Assembly: GCF_036365525.1 (NCBI RefSeq)
Contig: NC_090403.1
Location: 26,235,461 to 26,299,460 of the forward strand
Source of the DNA: Heterodontus francisci
Lineage: Eukaryota
Direction: 5' to 3'
DNA length: 64,000 bases
Positions 1 through 12,562 of this stretch are shown here, piece by piece. Numbering within the stretch: position 1 is the first letter of the stretch; each line of letters starts with the position of its first letter. The translations under genes were made by a program, and so were the position numbers. The notes below the pieces were generated by a model. The model did not search any database. It saw only the letters and a list, made by a program, of their open reading frames with translations, and was not told where the DNA came from.

Positions 1-842
1 CGGGACTCAACATTGAGTTCAACAATTTCAGGTCATAACCATAGCACCCAGTTTTTCAGATACAAGCTGTTTATAATGATTCTGCTATTACTGTTTACAC
101 CTCCTGTCAGACTCTTAAAAAAGGTGTCTCACTTCTCTCTAAGGTCCTGACCCTGTACTGAGTAGCAATTGCACAAAAAAGACTTTGGATAAAACTCCCA
201 CTTTATGTGGAACACCTTTATTAACTCACCAAGCAATGGTATATACTTACAACACCGGTTGCCTAGTAGACCTGCATACAGGAGCTCATTCCCGGGTGGT
301 CCACTGAATGACTTCTCCTGCACGACTTCCTGTGACTGACCAAGTCATGCTACCAGGATGCAGCAATAATGTCCTTGTGAGCTGTGGCTTTATACCCCTT
401 TCTGACCCTGGTGCCTCGACATATAAGGTAATGTTTTTAATTGGTTCGTCCGATTGGGTTTCCGTGCCTTATCAATCCCACCCTGGCTATTCAAGACTGC
501 CTGCATGTGGTCATATCCTGCTGTCAGCAGAGGGAGTTCTTAGGTGCATATCACCCATAGATGTGATATCTGCATCTTGATAAGGCAAGAAGGAAAACAT
601 TCACACATATTTTAAAAGGCCATTGTCCCTGAATGTGGTTGTAGACAGGCTGTTTGATGTTCTAACAGCCCAGGCAATCACATCAGTGGCATATCCTGAT
701 TTGTCTGTCTATGTATGTATGTGTGAGGGTCCTAGTTCACTTACATTGTCTTTTATTTTTAAAAAATCCAAAATGGACCCCAGTGATGATGTCTTCAGTC
801 AGAATTGTTCTCCCTTCATCCCAATATCGTTCACCTCCACAT

Positions 843-1680
843 TGTGACAGAAACCACACCTGCCAAATGGAAGCATATGGAACACTATTTGAACATTTAC
901 TGTACATTGAACATTATTTGTTTAAAAAGACCACAGAGCTGAATGGCTGAAAACAGAGCTGCACATTTGCATTCTGAAAGACATAGAGAGACAATGGGAG
1001 TCCTCCCTGATTTAATTAGCCAGATGGATTTTGTCAACAGTGATGTTCAAAAGACATTGAGAGTCATTGTCTGTGTAAGAGCCAAAGTTCCACCAACCCC
1101 ACCGAGTGTGTCTCGTAAGCTTTGAAGAATCAACAATCCTCACAGGCGATGCTGTTTCAAACAAAGAGCTGGTCACATGACTAACCTGCTGTCCAACCTG
1201 GGAATTGGTTGAATTGTGCCTCACAGAAAAGTTTTGGGCAGACTGCAATTTTGAAGACCAAAGAGAAGAAAGGTCTCTCTCTCTTTCTCTGTGACGCAAA
1301 ATTCCAGGGACCTATGGAAGCAACTTAAGCCTCAAGACAGAAGACCTCTGCAGCCTTCTGGTACCAGCGAAACAGGTTTGAAAGTGTGCATTGGGCCCCG
1401 AGAACTGCAAGACTTAACTTCAATCAAAGACTTTACATCCAACCCAAAAACAGTAACTGAATTCCATCTACTACTCCAAACCTTCTCCCTTTAATTCTTT
1501 CTCCTCCTCTTTATCTATTTATTTGTGTGTTTATCGCGTATGTATGCTAGTATGGTTATGACACGGGTTCACTAAGGTGAAGCTAAAACACAGTGTTTTA
1601 AAAAGTTAAACCCTGTTATGGCCAAACCAGGAAAGGGGTGAGAGGGGAGCCTGAGACCCCTTCCACACCCAGTCGTAACA
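843..1680. mobile_element. Solo LTR (TG...CA) with 4-bp target-site duplication
   Basis: Starts TGTGAC at 843 and ends GTAACA at 1680. ACAT lies on both sides (839-842, 1681-1684). No internal coding sequence. Confidence 0.6.
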
Positions 1681-1799
1681 ACATCTTCACCGCCAGGTGA
1701 GCCCCACATGCTGGTCCACACCACAAATGGTTACATTTTACTTCTGAACAGAAACACAGAAGATATTAACAAAGGCCTCACAGCATAACAATAATATAA

Positions 1800-2110
1800 G
1801 AGTTATCCAAATGCCTTACGTTCCTCCAGATCCATCTTTTGTTTCTTTACTTCACCCATTATCATCCCTTTTGCCATTTAATCTCTCCTACCTTCCACCC
1901 TATCTTCCATTTTGGTCTTTCCTCCCCTCCCTTCTTTCCCTGCCTCTGTGCTTGCTTAAAACATATTACATCACCAACTTTTTTCAGTTCTGATGATCTG
2001 AAATGTTAACACTTTCTCTCTCCACAGATGCTGCCTGACCTGCTGAGTATTTCCAGCATGTTCTGTTTTTAGTTTGGTTTTCCAGCATCCACAATATTTT
2101 GCTTTTGTAC
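1800..2110 (+). mobile_element. Short repeat, probably derived from a Penelope-like terminal sequence
   Basis: Ends in CACAGATGCTGCCTGACCTGCTGAGTATTTCCAGCA...TTTTGCTTTT, shared with copies at 13717-13940 and 14859-14990. Confidence 0.5.
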
Positions 2111-2114
2111 TATA

Positions 2115-3400
2115 AACCCTGCACTGACAGTGGAGCAGAAGGAAATGGCTTTGCAAAAGAGTCAATCACAAGAGTAGAGGGTGCAAGCTGCTACACAGAG
2201 CTGATGAAGTGCAGAAAAATAAAGAGGCAAGGACATGGAAATACTTGTAGACTAGGACAAGGACTTTGAATTTAATGCACTGGGAGATGAGAATCCAATG
2301 GACATTGGTGAGGGAACAGGTCATAGGGAAATTAGACTTACTGTAGTACTTGCTGCAGGTAGACACATTTTAGTTGAATTAGAGTTTATGATGAACAGAG
2401 TTTAGGAGCTGACAAAAGGAGTTTTGCACAATTCAGACATGGAGGTGACAAAAAGTTGATAAAGGTTTCATTGACAGTGAGGGAGAGCACGGAGTGGAGG
2501 GAAATTATGCTGCAGAGAGAAGGGAATTCTTGGTGCTGGATAATATATTGGGCTTGAAATTCAACTCATGGTCAGATAGAACATAGACAAGGCACATGGT
2601 TGGATTCAGCCCGAGTGAGTTGCCAGGGAGGGGGATGTAATTTGACACTAGGGTGTGGAGTTTTGATGTGATTTAATTAAGGTCGCTTTGGGCATTACTG
2701 ATTATTAGTTGGGAAAAATTCTGCCTCATCTATGATCTACTGTATGATAATATTATTGTGATCCAGGAGTGAAAGGTGATGGTGCAAGGACAAAGTCAAA
2801 AATCACCAACACACATTCAGAAGTTGATCCTATGTCTATGAATGATGGTACCAAAGGAAGCATGGAGATGAAAGAAGAAACATAGAAACATAGGAAATAG
2901 GAGCAGGAGTAGGCCATTTGGCCCACTGAGCCTGCTCTCCCATTCAAACAGATCATGGCTGATCATCTACCTCCACACCATTTTTCTCCACTATCTCCAT
3001 ATCTCTTGATGTCGTTAGTATTCAGAATCTATCACTTTCTGTCTTGAACAATGATTGAGCTTTCACAGCTCTCCAAGAATTCCAGAGATTCACCACCCTC
3101 TGAGTAAAGAAATTCCTCCTCATTGCAGAGGACAAGGGACAAGGAATGATCTTATGGATATCCAAAGTGAGTGTGCAACCATTTTAAGAAGTGTGAGGGC
3201 TACATTGGAACATGTAGGTGTGTGGCTAAGGAAAGACATTGCCACAGAAGTGAATCACTGAGAAGAAATAGTGGGGAAGGATGGAATGGTAGATCATATG
3301 GCACACAACAGAGAGAAATCGAGGAGGTCAAAGAGGGATAGTGTGTCTTTGTGAGAAACGGTGTCTTTGATGATGTTGACCAGGGCAGTCAACTCCCCAT
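2115..3400 (-). mobile_element. Degraded L2-like LINE 3' region with a nested CR1 tail (~2875-3120)
   Basis: ORF 2166..2366 HWILISQCIKFKVLVLVYK resembles the L2 ORF2 C-terminal HWLP..RI.FK.L.L.YK motif. Many stops. Confidence 0.5.
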
Positions 3401-3632
3401 GGTGTCTCTGAATCTCTTTCTCCTGCTCAAAATGGAATATTGAGTAATAGAAAGGACAAACCTAATGCTGCTGAATGGGAATGATGGAATCAGCAGATGG
3501 GAACTTGAGTATTTGAGTGTGTGAGAGGATCAGAAGTATTTATAATAAAAATGGCAAAATCAAATGCATTAACAGGCCAGAGAAACAAGTATCTCTTCAT
3601 AAAGCATGAGGAACAGATATTATTGATGCATA

Positions 3633-4150
3633 TTTATTTAAAATCAACTAAATAGTTTCACTTTTTAAAAAATTGTCCTTTCCATAACTGAATGCATTTC
3701 AAGAAACCTATATTTCTTACTGAACTGATTTTATACATTGTGTAAAAACGGTGGCATTTTATTGTATGAAGACATCAAAACAATAAATATGACTCAACTC
3801 AGATGAGATAAGGAGTGAAAGTGTGGTGGACCAATACAGGGAGCTGATGCTGGAAACCAGAAATTGATGTAATGTGCCCCAGAGAGCGAACCTGAAACTT
3901 TTCATTGTAGCAACTGCCAGTGCATAAAGTAAGGGACAGAAACAGGATTTTTCTCCATTCCCCCCACCCCCCCACCCCATTGAAACCTTTAACATTTCAT
4001 CACAAGAAATCATCACACCACTAAATATTTAAAAATGTGAATAATTAACGATAGAACAATATCAGTCACATAACTGCAAATCGGGTCATTCTAATAATGC
4101 AATATAATTGCAGGCTATTTTCATTTCAAATAAACAATCATATCAAAGAA
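3633..4150 (-). other. Orphan copy of an IFN-type 3' UTR with poly(A) signal
   Basis: Aligns by eye to 11400-11940 (shared AAACTTTTCATTGTAGCA, AACATTTCATCACA). AATAAA on the minus strand at 3633-3638. Confidence 0.6.
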
Positions 4151-4299
4151 GACTAAAGAAATACTGTGTTGGTGAAATCGTTTGCATCAAATAATTTAGT
4201 TTTGGCATTTTGATTGCCCATCCAATGCTGGTGGAATTGGTTATGGGCAGAGCTGAGAGAAAAATGGATCTTTCAAATAAATGTCTACAATTGTAAGCT

Positions 4300-4690
4300 A
4301 ATTTTGAAGAATATTATAATAATTATAGAAGTATTGAAGGGAGGCAAAAAGTGAATCAGGAAGCTTAAGAGGGAAGGAGGGTTTTGATAGAATAAATAAG
4401 GAGAAACTGTTTCCAATGGCAGAAGGATTGGTACCTAAAGGACAGGGACTTAAAATAATTAGAAAAAGAAGCAGAGGCGAGATGAGGAGACATTTCTTTA
4501 TGCAGAATTGTTACAATCTGAAATGATGGTGGAAGCAGATTTAATAACTTTCAAAAGGGAATTGTATGAACAGTGAAGTGGAATCCTTTGCAGGGCTTTG
4601 GGTAAAGGGCTGGGAAATGGAAGTAATTGGATAACTCTTTCAAAGAGCTGGTACAGACACGATGGGTCAAATAGTCTCCTCATATGCTGG
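4300..4690 (+). mobile_element. CR1 LINE 3' fragment, degraded
   Basis: Similar to the 3' ends of the other CR1 copies in the window. Confidence 0.6.
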
Positions 4691-4694
4691 GAAG

Positions 4695-5080
4695 ACAGTG
4701 GTGTAGTGGTAATGTCACTGAACTAGTAATCCAGTGACCTAGGCTAATGCCCTGGGGACATTGTTTCAAAAATTCCATCATGGTAGCTGGAGGAATTTAA
4801 ATTCAACGAATTAATAAAAATCTGGAATTGAAAGCTAGGCACACCAACAGTGCCATAGAACTATCATCAATTGTCATTAAAAACCCATCTGGTTTACGAT
4901 TGTCCTTTAGGGAAGGAAATCTGCTATCCTTACCTAGTCTGGCCTGCATGTGACTCCAGACCCACAGCAATGTGGTTGACTGTCAACTGCCCTCTGAAAT
5001 GGCCTAGCAAGGGCAATTAGGGAGGAGCAACAAATGTTGGCCTTGCCAGCGACACTCACATCCCCTGAAAGAATTTTAAA
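4695..5080 (+). mobile_element. SINE-like element with tRNA-like head
   Basis: A-box-like TGGTGTAGTGG start. Body similar to 28170-28445. Confidence 0.6.
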
Positions 5081-6032
5081 AACCTATGATTCTATCTGGA
5101 AAGCACTGGTGGGAAGCATTAAGGGAAATAGCAAGGACTCTTATCAATTCATAGAGTCGTGGAATGGCTTCAACACAGAAGGAGGTCATTCAGCCCATTG
5201 TGTCTGTGCCAGATCTCTGCAACAGCAGATCAGCTAGTCCCACTTCCCCACCCTTTCCAATAACTCTGAAAATTTTTTCTCTTTAGGTGCCCTTTAAAAA
5301 GCCATGATTGAATCTACCTTCACCACATTCTCAGGCAGTGCATTCAAGAACCCAACCTCTCGCTGCATAAAAAAGTTTCTCCTCATGTCACCAAAAGTTC
5401 TTTTGTCATCCACCTTAAATCAGTGACCTCTGGTTGTTGACCTTTCTGCCAATGGGGATAGTTTCTCTCTATCTACTCTGCCAAAACCCCTCATAATTGT
5501 GAATTCCTCGAACAAATCTCCTCTCAATCTTCTCTTTTCTAAGGCGAACAGTCCCAGCTTCTCCAATCTATCCATAAAACTGCAAGGTTCCTCATCCCTC
5601 ATTATTCTTTTTTTACACCGTCTCTAAAGCCTTTACATCCTTCCAGAATTACTCCAGTTGAGGCCTGTATACTATATGTCTCTATGTATAAAACTGAGGA
5701 TCTCGTATGCCTTTTTAACTGCTTTATCAAACGGCTCTGCCACCTTCAACAATTTGTGCACAGATACTTCCAGGTCTCTCTGTTTTGAACCTCCTTTAGA
5801 ATTGTATCATTTATTTTATATTGCCTCTCTTAATTTTTCCTGTCAAAATGTATCATTTCACACTTTTCTGCATTAAATTTCATCTACCATGTGTCCACCC
5901 ATTCCATTAGCCTGTGTATGCCCTCTAGAAGCATATCACCATCCTCTTCACAGTTCAACATACATCCAAGTTTTGTGTCCTCTACAAATTTTGAAATTGT
6001 GTCCCGTACACCCAAGTCTAGGTCATTAATAT

Positions 6033-7593
6033 TGTTGTGAATGCTGGACTTTGTAGTATGCTTATATTTTAAAAGCTGTGATTTTAATGCAGTGTAAAAT
6101 GAACATTTGGAGGAAGCATGTGACCTCATTCAAAATTTGATGGAGACAAGTCAGGAGTCTTGGTTACCATGAGAACAAGGAACCCAGATCAAAGATCTTT
6201 TTGAAAGTAGGGTGCAAGGTTGTAACACCTAAAGGATAATGAGTTTCACTCTCCCAGACTCACAGATTATAAACAGGGAGCCAGGGTTCTAGAATGCAAA
6301 TTTGACTTGCAAATTTTAACACCTGGAAACAAAGGAAGGCCCAGGTGGTTTTGCTATAGTCAGACTTATGGTCTCTGAGAATTGTCAAAGGCAAACAACA
6401 ATTGACTTTTGATCTGGAAAAATTTGTGAGGCTTTCCTAGGTCTGGAGGCTTAATTGAGGAAAGGGTTAACAGCAGTCAGCTGCACAACCAAAAGGGAGA
6501 GAGAGAAGCCAGTGGGCTGCTTTCAGATCACAGTCACAGCAAAAAGCTGCTAAGATTTGTACCTGGTTCGAAAGTTGAGATTTGCAGAGCAGAAAAGACC
6601 AACGGGGTCATCAGAGAGTGCCTTAATACTGGAAGTCCAGATGAATGGCTTGGAAGAAGTGAGCAAAGAGGACGTTGGCTTTGAGAAGAAGACTGGGAGA
6701 TCCAACCCATTACAGCTGGGAGAAGTTTGGGACTTTTAATTGCAAGAATACCTTTTCAATGAGAACACTGTGTAATGTATTGAAGAACATAAGAACATAA
6801 GAAATAGGAGCAGGAGTAGGCCATTCAGCCCCTCAAGCCTGCCCCACCATTCAATAAGATCATGGCTGATCTGTCCCAGGCCTCAACTCCTCTTTCGGGC
6901 CTGCTCTGCCTAATCCTCAACTCCCCGAACTTTCAAAAATCTGTCTACCTCCTTCTTAAATACATTTAGTGATCTAGCCTCCACAACTCTCTGAGGCCGA
7001 GAATTCCAGAGATTCACCACTCTCTGAGAGAAGAAATTCCTTTGCATCTCAATTTTAAGTGTGTGTCCCCTTATTCTGTAACTATGTCCCCTAGTTCGAG
7101 ATTCCCCCACTGGTGAAAATATCTTCTCAACATCTACCCTGTAAAGCCCCCTTAAAATCTTATATATTTCTATAAGATCACTTCTCATTCTTCTAAGCTC
7201 CAATGAATAAAGGCCTAAGCTGTTTAGCCATTCTTGATAAGACAGCCCCTTCATCCCAGAAATCAGCCTAGTGAACCTTTTCTGAACTGCCTCCAATGCT
7301 AGTATATCCTTCCTTAAATATGGTGTGGTGCAAATTTAAATATAATATAATAAATATGATTTAAATATATGCAGTGTGGGATTTTTGAGCATGTTAACAA
7401 GTTAATGGGAAATACCTTTCTTTGTAATTTAGTGTATTAGCTACCTACTAAGTACTGTTTAGTTAGTGTTGATTTTTAGCTTAGTTGTTATAGTAAAAGT
7501 CTTAAAATATGAAATCTTGTGTAATTCTTTAATAGATCTGGAGAGTTCATATCTCTTGCTTTAAAGTTAACAGTCTCTACTGAGGTCATAACA
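6033..7593. mobile_element. Solo LTR (TG...CA) with ATAT duplication, containing a CR1 3' fragment
   Basis: Starts TGTTGTG and ends CATAACA. ATAT at 6029-6032 and 7594-7597. Confidence 0.6.
6785..7322 (-). mobile_element. CR1 LINE 3' fragment
   Basis: ORF 6910..7296 EAVQKRFTRLI...LGLYSLELRRMRSDLIEIYKIL...FFSQRVVNLWN, followed by a short-repeat tail. Confidence 0.85.
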
Positions 7594-7861
7594 ATATATA
7601 TCAAGAAAAGCAGTGGTCCTAATACCGATCCCAGTATAATTCCTTCCTGTCGAAAAACAACTGTTCACCTATCTGTCTCCTATCGCTCAGCCAACTTCAT
7701 ATCCATGCTGCACTGTCCCTTTTATTCCATGAGCTACAACTTTGCTAGAAAGTGCATTATGTGGCAATAAACACCTTTTGGATGTCCATGTCCACCACAT
7801 CAACCGTAGTACCCTCATCAACCTTCTCTGTTATCTCATCAGAAAACTCAATCAAGTTAGT

Positions 7862-8212
7862 TTATTTTTTTAAATTAATTTTTTATTTTAGAGATACAGC
7901 ACTGAAACAGGCCCTTCGGCCCACCGAGTCTGTGCCGACCATCAACCACCCATTTATACTAATCCTACATTAATCCCATATTCCTACCACATCCCCACCT
8001 TCCTTCAATTCCCCTACCAGGGGCAATTCATAATGGCCAATTTACCAATCAACCTGCAAGTCTTTGGCTTTGGGAGGAAACCGGAGCACCCGGCGAAAAC
8101 CCACTCGGTCACAGGGAGAACTTACAAACTCCGCACAGGCAGTACCCAGAATCAAACCCGGGTCGCTGGAGCTGTGAGGCTGCGGTGCTAACCACTGCGC
8201 CACTGTGCCACC
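7862..8212 (-). mobile_element. HE1/V-SINE-like tRNA-derived SINE
   Basis: Minus strand starts TGGCACAGTGGCGCAGTGGTTAGCACC with B-box-like GGGTTTGATTC. Homologous to 15085-15408 and 48536-48895. Confidence 0.8.
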
Positions 8213-9249
8213 ATGGTTTGCCTTTAATAACTCAATGCGAGATTTCCTTAATTAATCCACAGTTGTCCAAGTGACTATTAATTTTGTCTAGGATTACTGG
8301 TAAAAGCTTTCCCACCACTGAGGTTATACAGATTGGCCTGTAGTTCCTGTGTTCATCCTTACACCCTCTGGCACCACCCTGTATCTAACAAGGATTGGAA
8401 GATTATAGCCAATACCTCTGCAATTTCCTCCCCTACTGGCCACTGTACCCTCGGATGTATCCCATCTGGTTCTGATGACTTACCAACTTTAAGTACAGCC
8501 AGCCTTTCTAATACCCCCCTCTTTATTCATTCTTAGCCCATCCAGTGTCTGAACTCCTCCCCTTTCACTTATCAGCACTTTAATCTAAAATTTGTAACAA
8601 TTTACATTTTTGCACTTTCCTTCTGCGCAACCTGATTTCATGTTTGTGTCACACTATTCGTCGTAACTTCTTCTCATTATAAATTCCTATGCCGACCTTG
8701 CTCACAGTTCTTGTCTATGTGAATTTGACAGACTGAATTCGCAAACTGGCCACTAGCTCAGATAGTTCAAAAGAAAATTGTAGGAACATTGATTGCAGTG
8801 AGTTGGAGGTAGGTATAGGGATTAGTAGTGGAAAGATGACGGGGTAGGATAGGGCAATAGTGGGGGTAAATGTGCCTGTGAACTTCCATGTGCAAAAAAA
8901 AATCACAGGAGTTTGACTAATAGTTCAAGCCACAGATCTTACTTCCTCTGTTACAAATTTTGATGAAGCATTTTTTCTGTCAGCATTCAGCATCATAAAT
9001 TGCTATGTCAAAATTTGCAATTCAGTTTTGAAACATCAGCTGTCATGATGTCGTTGCAGCCTTTGGCCATGAGGATGTTGCTTCATGTCTTCAAATGCTT
9101 GCCCTGGAGAGAATAGTGTGGAGTGAAGGAAGGATTTGTAGGCTGATTACCAGTCCACACTTGTGCATTACTTTCATAGCTATAACCAGCTGAGAGGGTG
9201 ACCAGCAAGGTTTTATGGGGTCCCACAAACATACAATGGGGAGACGGTA

Positions 9250-9695
9250 ATAGAACCATAGAACCATAGAAAAATTACAGCACTGAAGCAGGCCATTCAA
9301 CCCATTGTGTCTGTGCCAGCTGGAAAAACTAGCCACTCAATCTAATCCCACTTTCCAGCACCTGGCCCATAGCCTTGCCAGTTACAGCACTTCAGGTGCA
9401 TGTCCATGTACCTTTTTAAAGAATTGAGAGTTTCTGTTTCCACCACCATTCCTGGCAGTGAATTCCAGACACCCACCACCCTCTGGGTGAAAAAGCTTTT
9501 CCTCATGTCCCCTCTAATCCTTGTACCAATCACCTTAAATCTGTGCCCCCAGTAATTGACCTCTCTGCTAGGAGAAACAGGTCCTTCCTGTCTACTCTAT
9601 CTAGGCCCCTCATAATTTTGTACACCTCTATTAAGTCACCCCTCAGCCTCCTCTGTTCTCAGGGAAACAACCCTAGCCTATCCAATCTTTCCTCA
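9250..9695 (-). mobile_element. CR1 LINE 3' fragment
   Basis: ORF 9342..9533 RGDMRKSFFTQRVVGVWNSLP...GYGPGAGKWD. Confidence 0.85.
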
Positions 9696-10822
9696 CCTCC
9701 CCCACAGGACACAAGAATATGCTGGATGACAACACAGAATTCAGAGCCAGAGGAGCACTCGCCACTTGTTGTGATTGTGTGGAGTGGGATTTGAACCCTC
9801 CAACTTCTGAATCTAGGCAGGCATGCTAGCTCTGTTCCAAAGGCCCACATTAGCCTCTGATGTGATTCTGTAGAATAGGTTTCTGAAGTCTCTCCATCTT
9901 GCAGATAAAAAAAATGTATTTTTATAAATTTACTGTAGGGAAAGGCAGGAACATTTTGCTAATAATACGTAAGCAGATAGTCAGTGAAAACCGGGACCAT
10001 TTATAGATGAATGATGACAAATTGTGACTTGAGTGTGATTAGGTGACAATGGGCAGTATCATGCCTTTGTTTTTACAGGTGAAAGTGGAACCAATGGAGG
10101 ATGTAGAACTATCAAGATAAATATACGAAAGAAAGGCTGAGGTGAATAACAATGGAACCAAGGGGAAGGAGGGATTAATTTGTGAAACATACTGCAAGTT
10201 AGGAATCACCAGGACCAGATGATTTGCAATCTAACATCCTGAGTGCAGTAGGGGAAAAGAGATAAGAAATAAACCACAATTTTCAATAACCTTTTGAAAG
10301 AGGCATTGTGTTAACATTTTGCAGGGTGTGAAGAAATTATAAGACTTTTAGTCTTACCTCAGCTGTGGTTAAACTTATGGAGTTCAGATTATGGGCTGAA
10401 CAGTTGGAAAGACATGGGCTTATTAGAGGCAGTCAGCATGGATCTGTTAAGAACAGGCTGTGCTTGAATTATGAATGTCCATTTCCAATTAATGCCTCCA
10501 ATTTCCCCTTTCTCTTTCTCTTTAGCACCTCGGGCTTGATCCTCTCTACTTTGGGGGGAGAATACAGAGTTGAACAATAGAAGAGCAAAAGAGTGGTCCT
10601 ATCTAGGAGATAGAAAATCGGCCCCATTGGGTTCAAAAGCAATTCTCATGTTTTGCCTGGTGAGGGAGCATCAAGCATAGGAGAGAGGAAAATAGAACAG
10701 AGAGAGTATCAATAACAGGCAGCAGATAGGGCAATCCGGATCATTTATAGTGAATATAAAAGACTGATGGACACAAATGAGAAATAAATATTGCTCCAGT
10801 AAACGTGTAATATTGAAAACAG

Positions 10823-12002
10823 TTTATTTGCTTTCAGTCAGCATAAAACATTTTCAGTTTACAAAAAGCAGTCAATTTCCTGAATCTTATTAAATATCAA
10901 TAAATTAACATATTTTGAACTCAATTCACACATTTTATAAAATTGTAATATTTCATTACATGAAGCCTTCATATCAAAAATTAGAATAGCTTGAAATGAG
11001 TTAAAGTGTTGGCCACTGGCAGTGCAGAAATATAAAGACGTATATGTAAGATATAAATATAAAGAAATATTGCGTCAGGGATGAGGTCAGGGCTCATTGG
11101 TCTGCAACCCCACCCTTTAGCAGGACAGTACCCTGGAAGCCAGAGCTGAATATTGGCCACAGCATTTCCATTGCAGAGTTGCCACTGGAAGTTCAGCATT
11201 TAGGATAAAGAGTTTCACAGAGCTAAACGGCAATTAAATAGTTTACCTTCGGAGTAGAGCTTGACCCGACAACTTTCTGACTCTGAGTGTTATCACTGAG
11301 TTAAGCTGACAGCATTGTCTAATTAATAACACTTTACATATACATAAAAAGAATACTTCTTTAAAATAACATATTATCGCTGTCATTCTGTTGTAAACAT
11401 GTCATTGAAAAATATTCAGTTCCTTCTCATTTTTGAATTTACACATTGGTAAAAATTGTAATATTTATTGCGTGAAGATATCATGGCTATCAATTTAACT
11501 CAATTCAGATGAGATGGAAAGCCATAATCTTACTGAATGGCGCAGCAGCTTTGAGGGGCTGTGTGGTCTCCTCCTGCTCCTAATTCGTGTGTATGTACTT
11601 GTATGTAAGAGTAGAGTCAGCCAGGTGGGCCAGTTCAGAGAATTGACAATGGAAAACCAGCAAGTCGAATAAGGTGTCCAACAGAGCAAACCTGAAATGA
11701 AACTTTTCATTGTAGCAGCTGCCAGCTCAGAAAGGAAGGGAGAGAAACGGCATTTTTCTAAGACTTCTCGCATTGAAACATTTAACATTTCATCACAGGA
11801 AAATATCAGAACAACAATTTTCAATAAATTAGAATAAATAACCAAATATGAAAGAGTATCAAGATATTCTTTGCTCTCCACAGCTACCAAGCTGCAAGTC
11901 GTCTCATCAGAGCAATGCCATGTATGTTAAATATAATTATTTTTTATTAATAGAAGATATTTTGGATCAAATATCCCAGTCTGTTCTAAACATGTCTTTT
12001 TT
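10823..12002 (-). promoter_or_regulatory. Predicted 3' UTR of IFN gene A, with AU-rich elements and poly(A) signal
   Basis: AATAAA (minus) at 10823-10828 in the same context as the signals of B-D. Scattered ATTTA motifs. About 600 nt longer than the B-D UTRs. Confidence 0.5.
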
Positions 12003-12101
12003 TTAGTTTCTTCTGCTGATTCGTGCCGTTATTAAAAGGATCTGTTGTAAACGGGCTCTGGTCTCAGTGCGGATTATTTCCCAGGCACAGTTACTGAATC
12101 T
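12003..12101 (-). CDS. IFN1: Type I IFN gene A exon 4 (RFSNCAWEIIRTETRARLQQILLITARISRRN*)
   Basis: Acceptor tttcag at 12102-12107, CAWE motif, TAA stop at 12003-12005. Confidence 0.92.
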   Translation of the reverse strand, partial: RFSNCAWEIIRTETRARLQQILLITARISRRN

Positions 12102-12209
12102 CTGAAAAGGAGAAATATTCAGGAAAAGCAATTAGAAAATGAACGGATTTAAATGGGGTGAAATAAATTACATGTCAGTAATCACATAGTCAAATGTCAA
12201 TTATCCCAC

Positions 12210-12449
12210 CTTCTGTTTGAGAAACTTTCTCAGTTTCCTAAAGTATTGGTGAATGGCAGCGTTTCTCCTCAGCCTGGACTCTGATCCCGGTTTCCAGACA
12301 CATTCTTTCAGCTCTCCGAGCTGCCGATCCAGGAGAAGACGAAAGTTTTCCACCTTGTCCCGGGGCCATGTGACTGAGGCCAGGTTCATGCTGTAGATCT
12401 TGCTGATGTGACGCAGAGTTTGATAGACAATCCGGATCCCGTCCTGGGC
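12210..12449 (-). CDS. IFN1: Type I IFN gene A exon 3 (80 aa, AQDGIRIVYQTL...YFRKLRKFLKQK)
   Basis: Within ORF 12201..12464. cag acceptor, gtggga donor. W...KVENF, QL.EL.EC and YF..L..FL patterns typical of type I IFN. Confidence 0.93.
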
Positions 12450-12562
12450 CTGTGCACAATACATACAATGACATTAGAAGGGGCCTGATTCCATTTAACC
12501 AGCCCGGGATGGGGCAAATTTCATAGCCAATCAATCACTGCTGCTAATGAGAAACTGACTAT

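Larger units (their letters stand above)
5150..8560 (-). mobile_element. CR1 LINE ORF2 relic interrupted by a solo LTR and a SINE
   Basis: Fragments RLEKLGLFALEKRRLRGDL and ISKFVEDTKLG. The CR1 sequence resumes after the 6033-7593 insertion. Confidence 0.75.

Noticed and set aside
1985-2012. Hammerhead-like CTGATGA...GAAA
   Set aside because: Helix II is deleted, so it cannot fold as a hammerhead.
7862-8212. tRNA gene
   Set aside because: The A/B boxes belong to a SINE head. There is no full cloverleaf.
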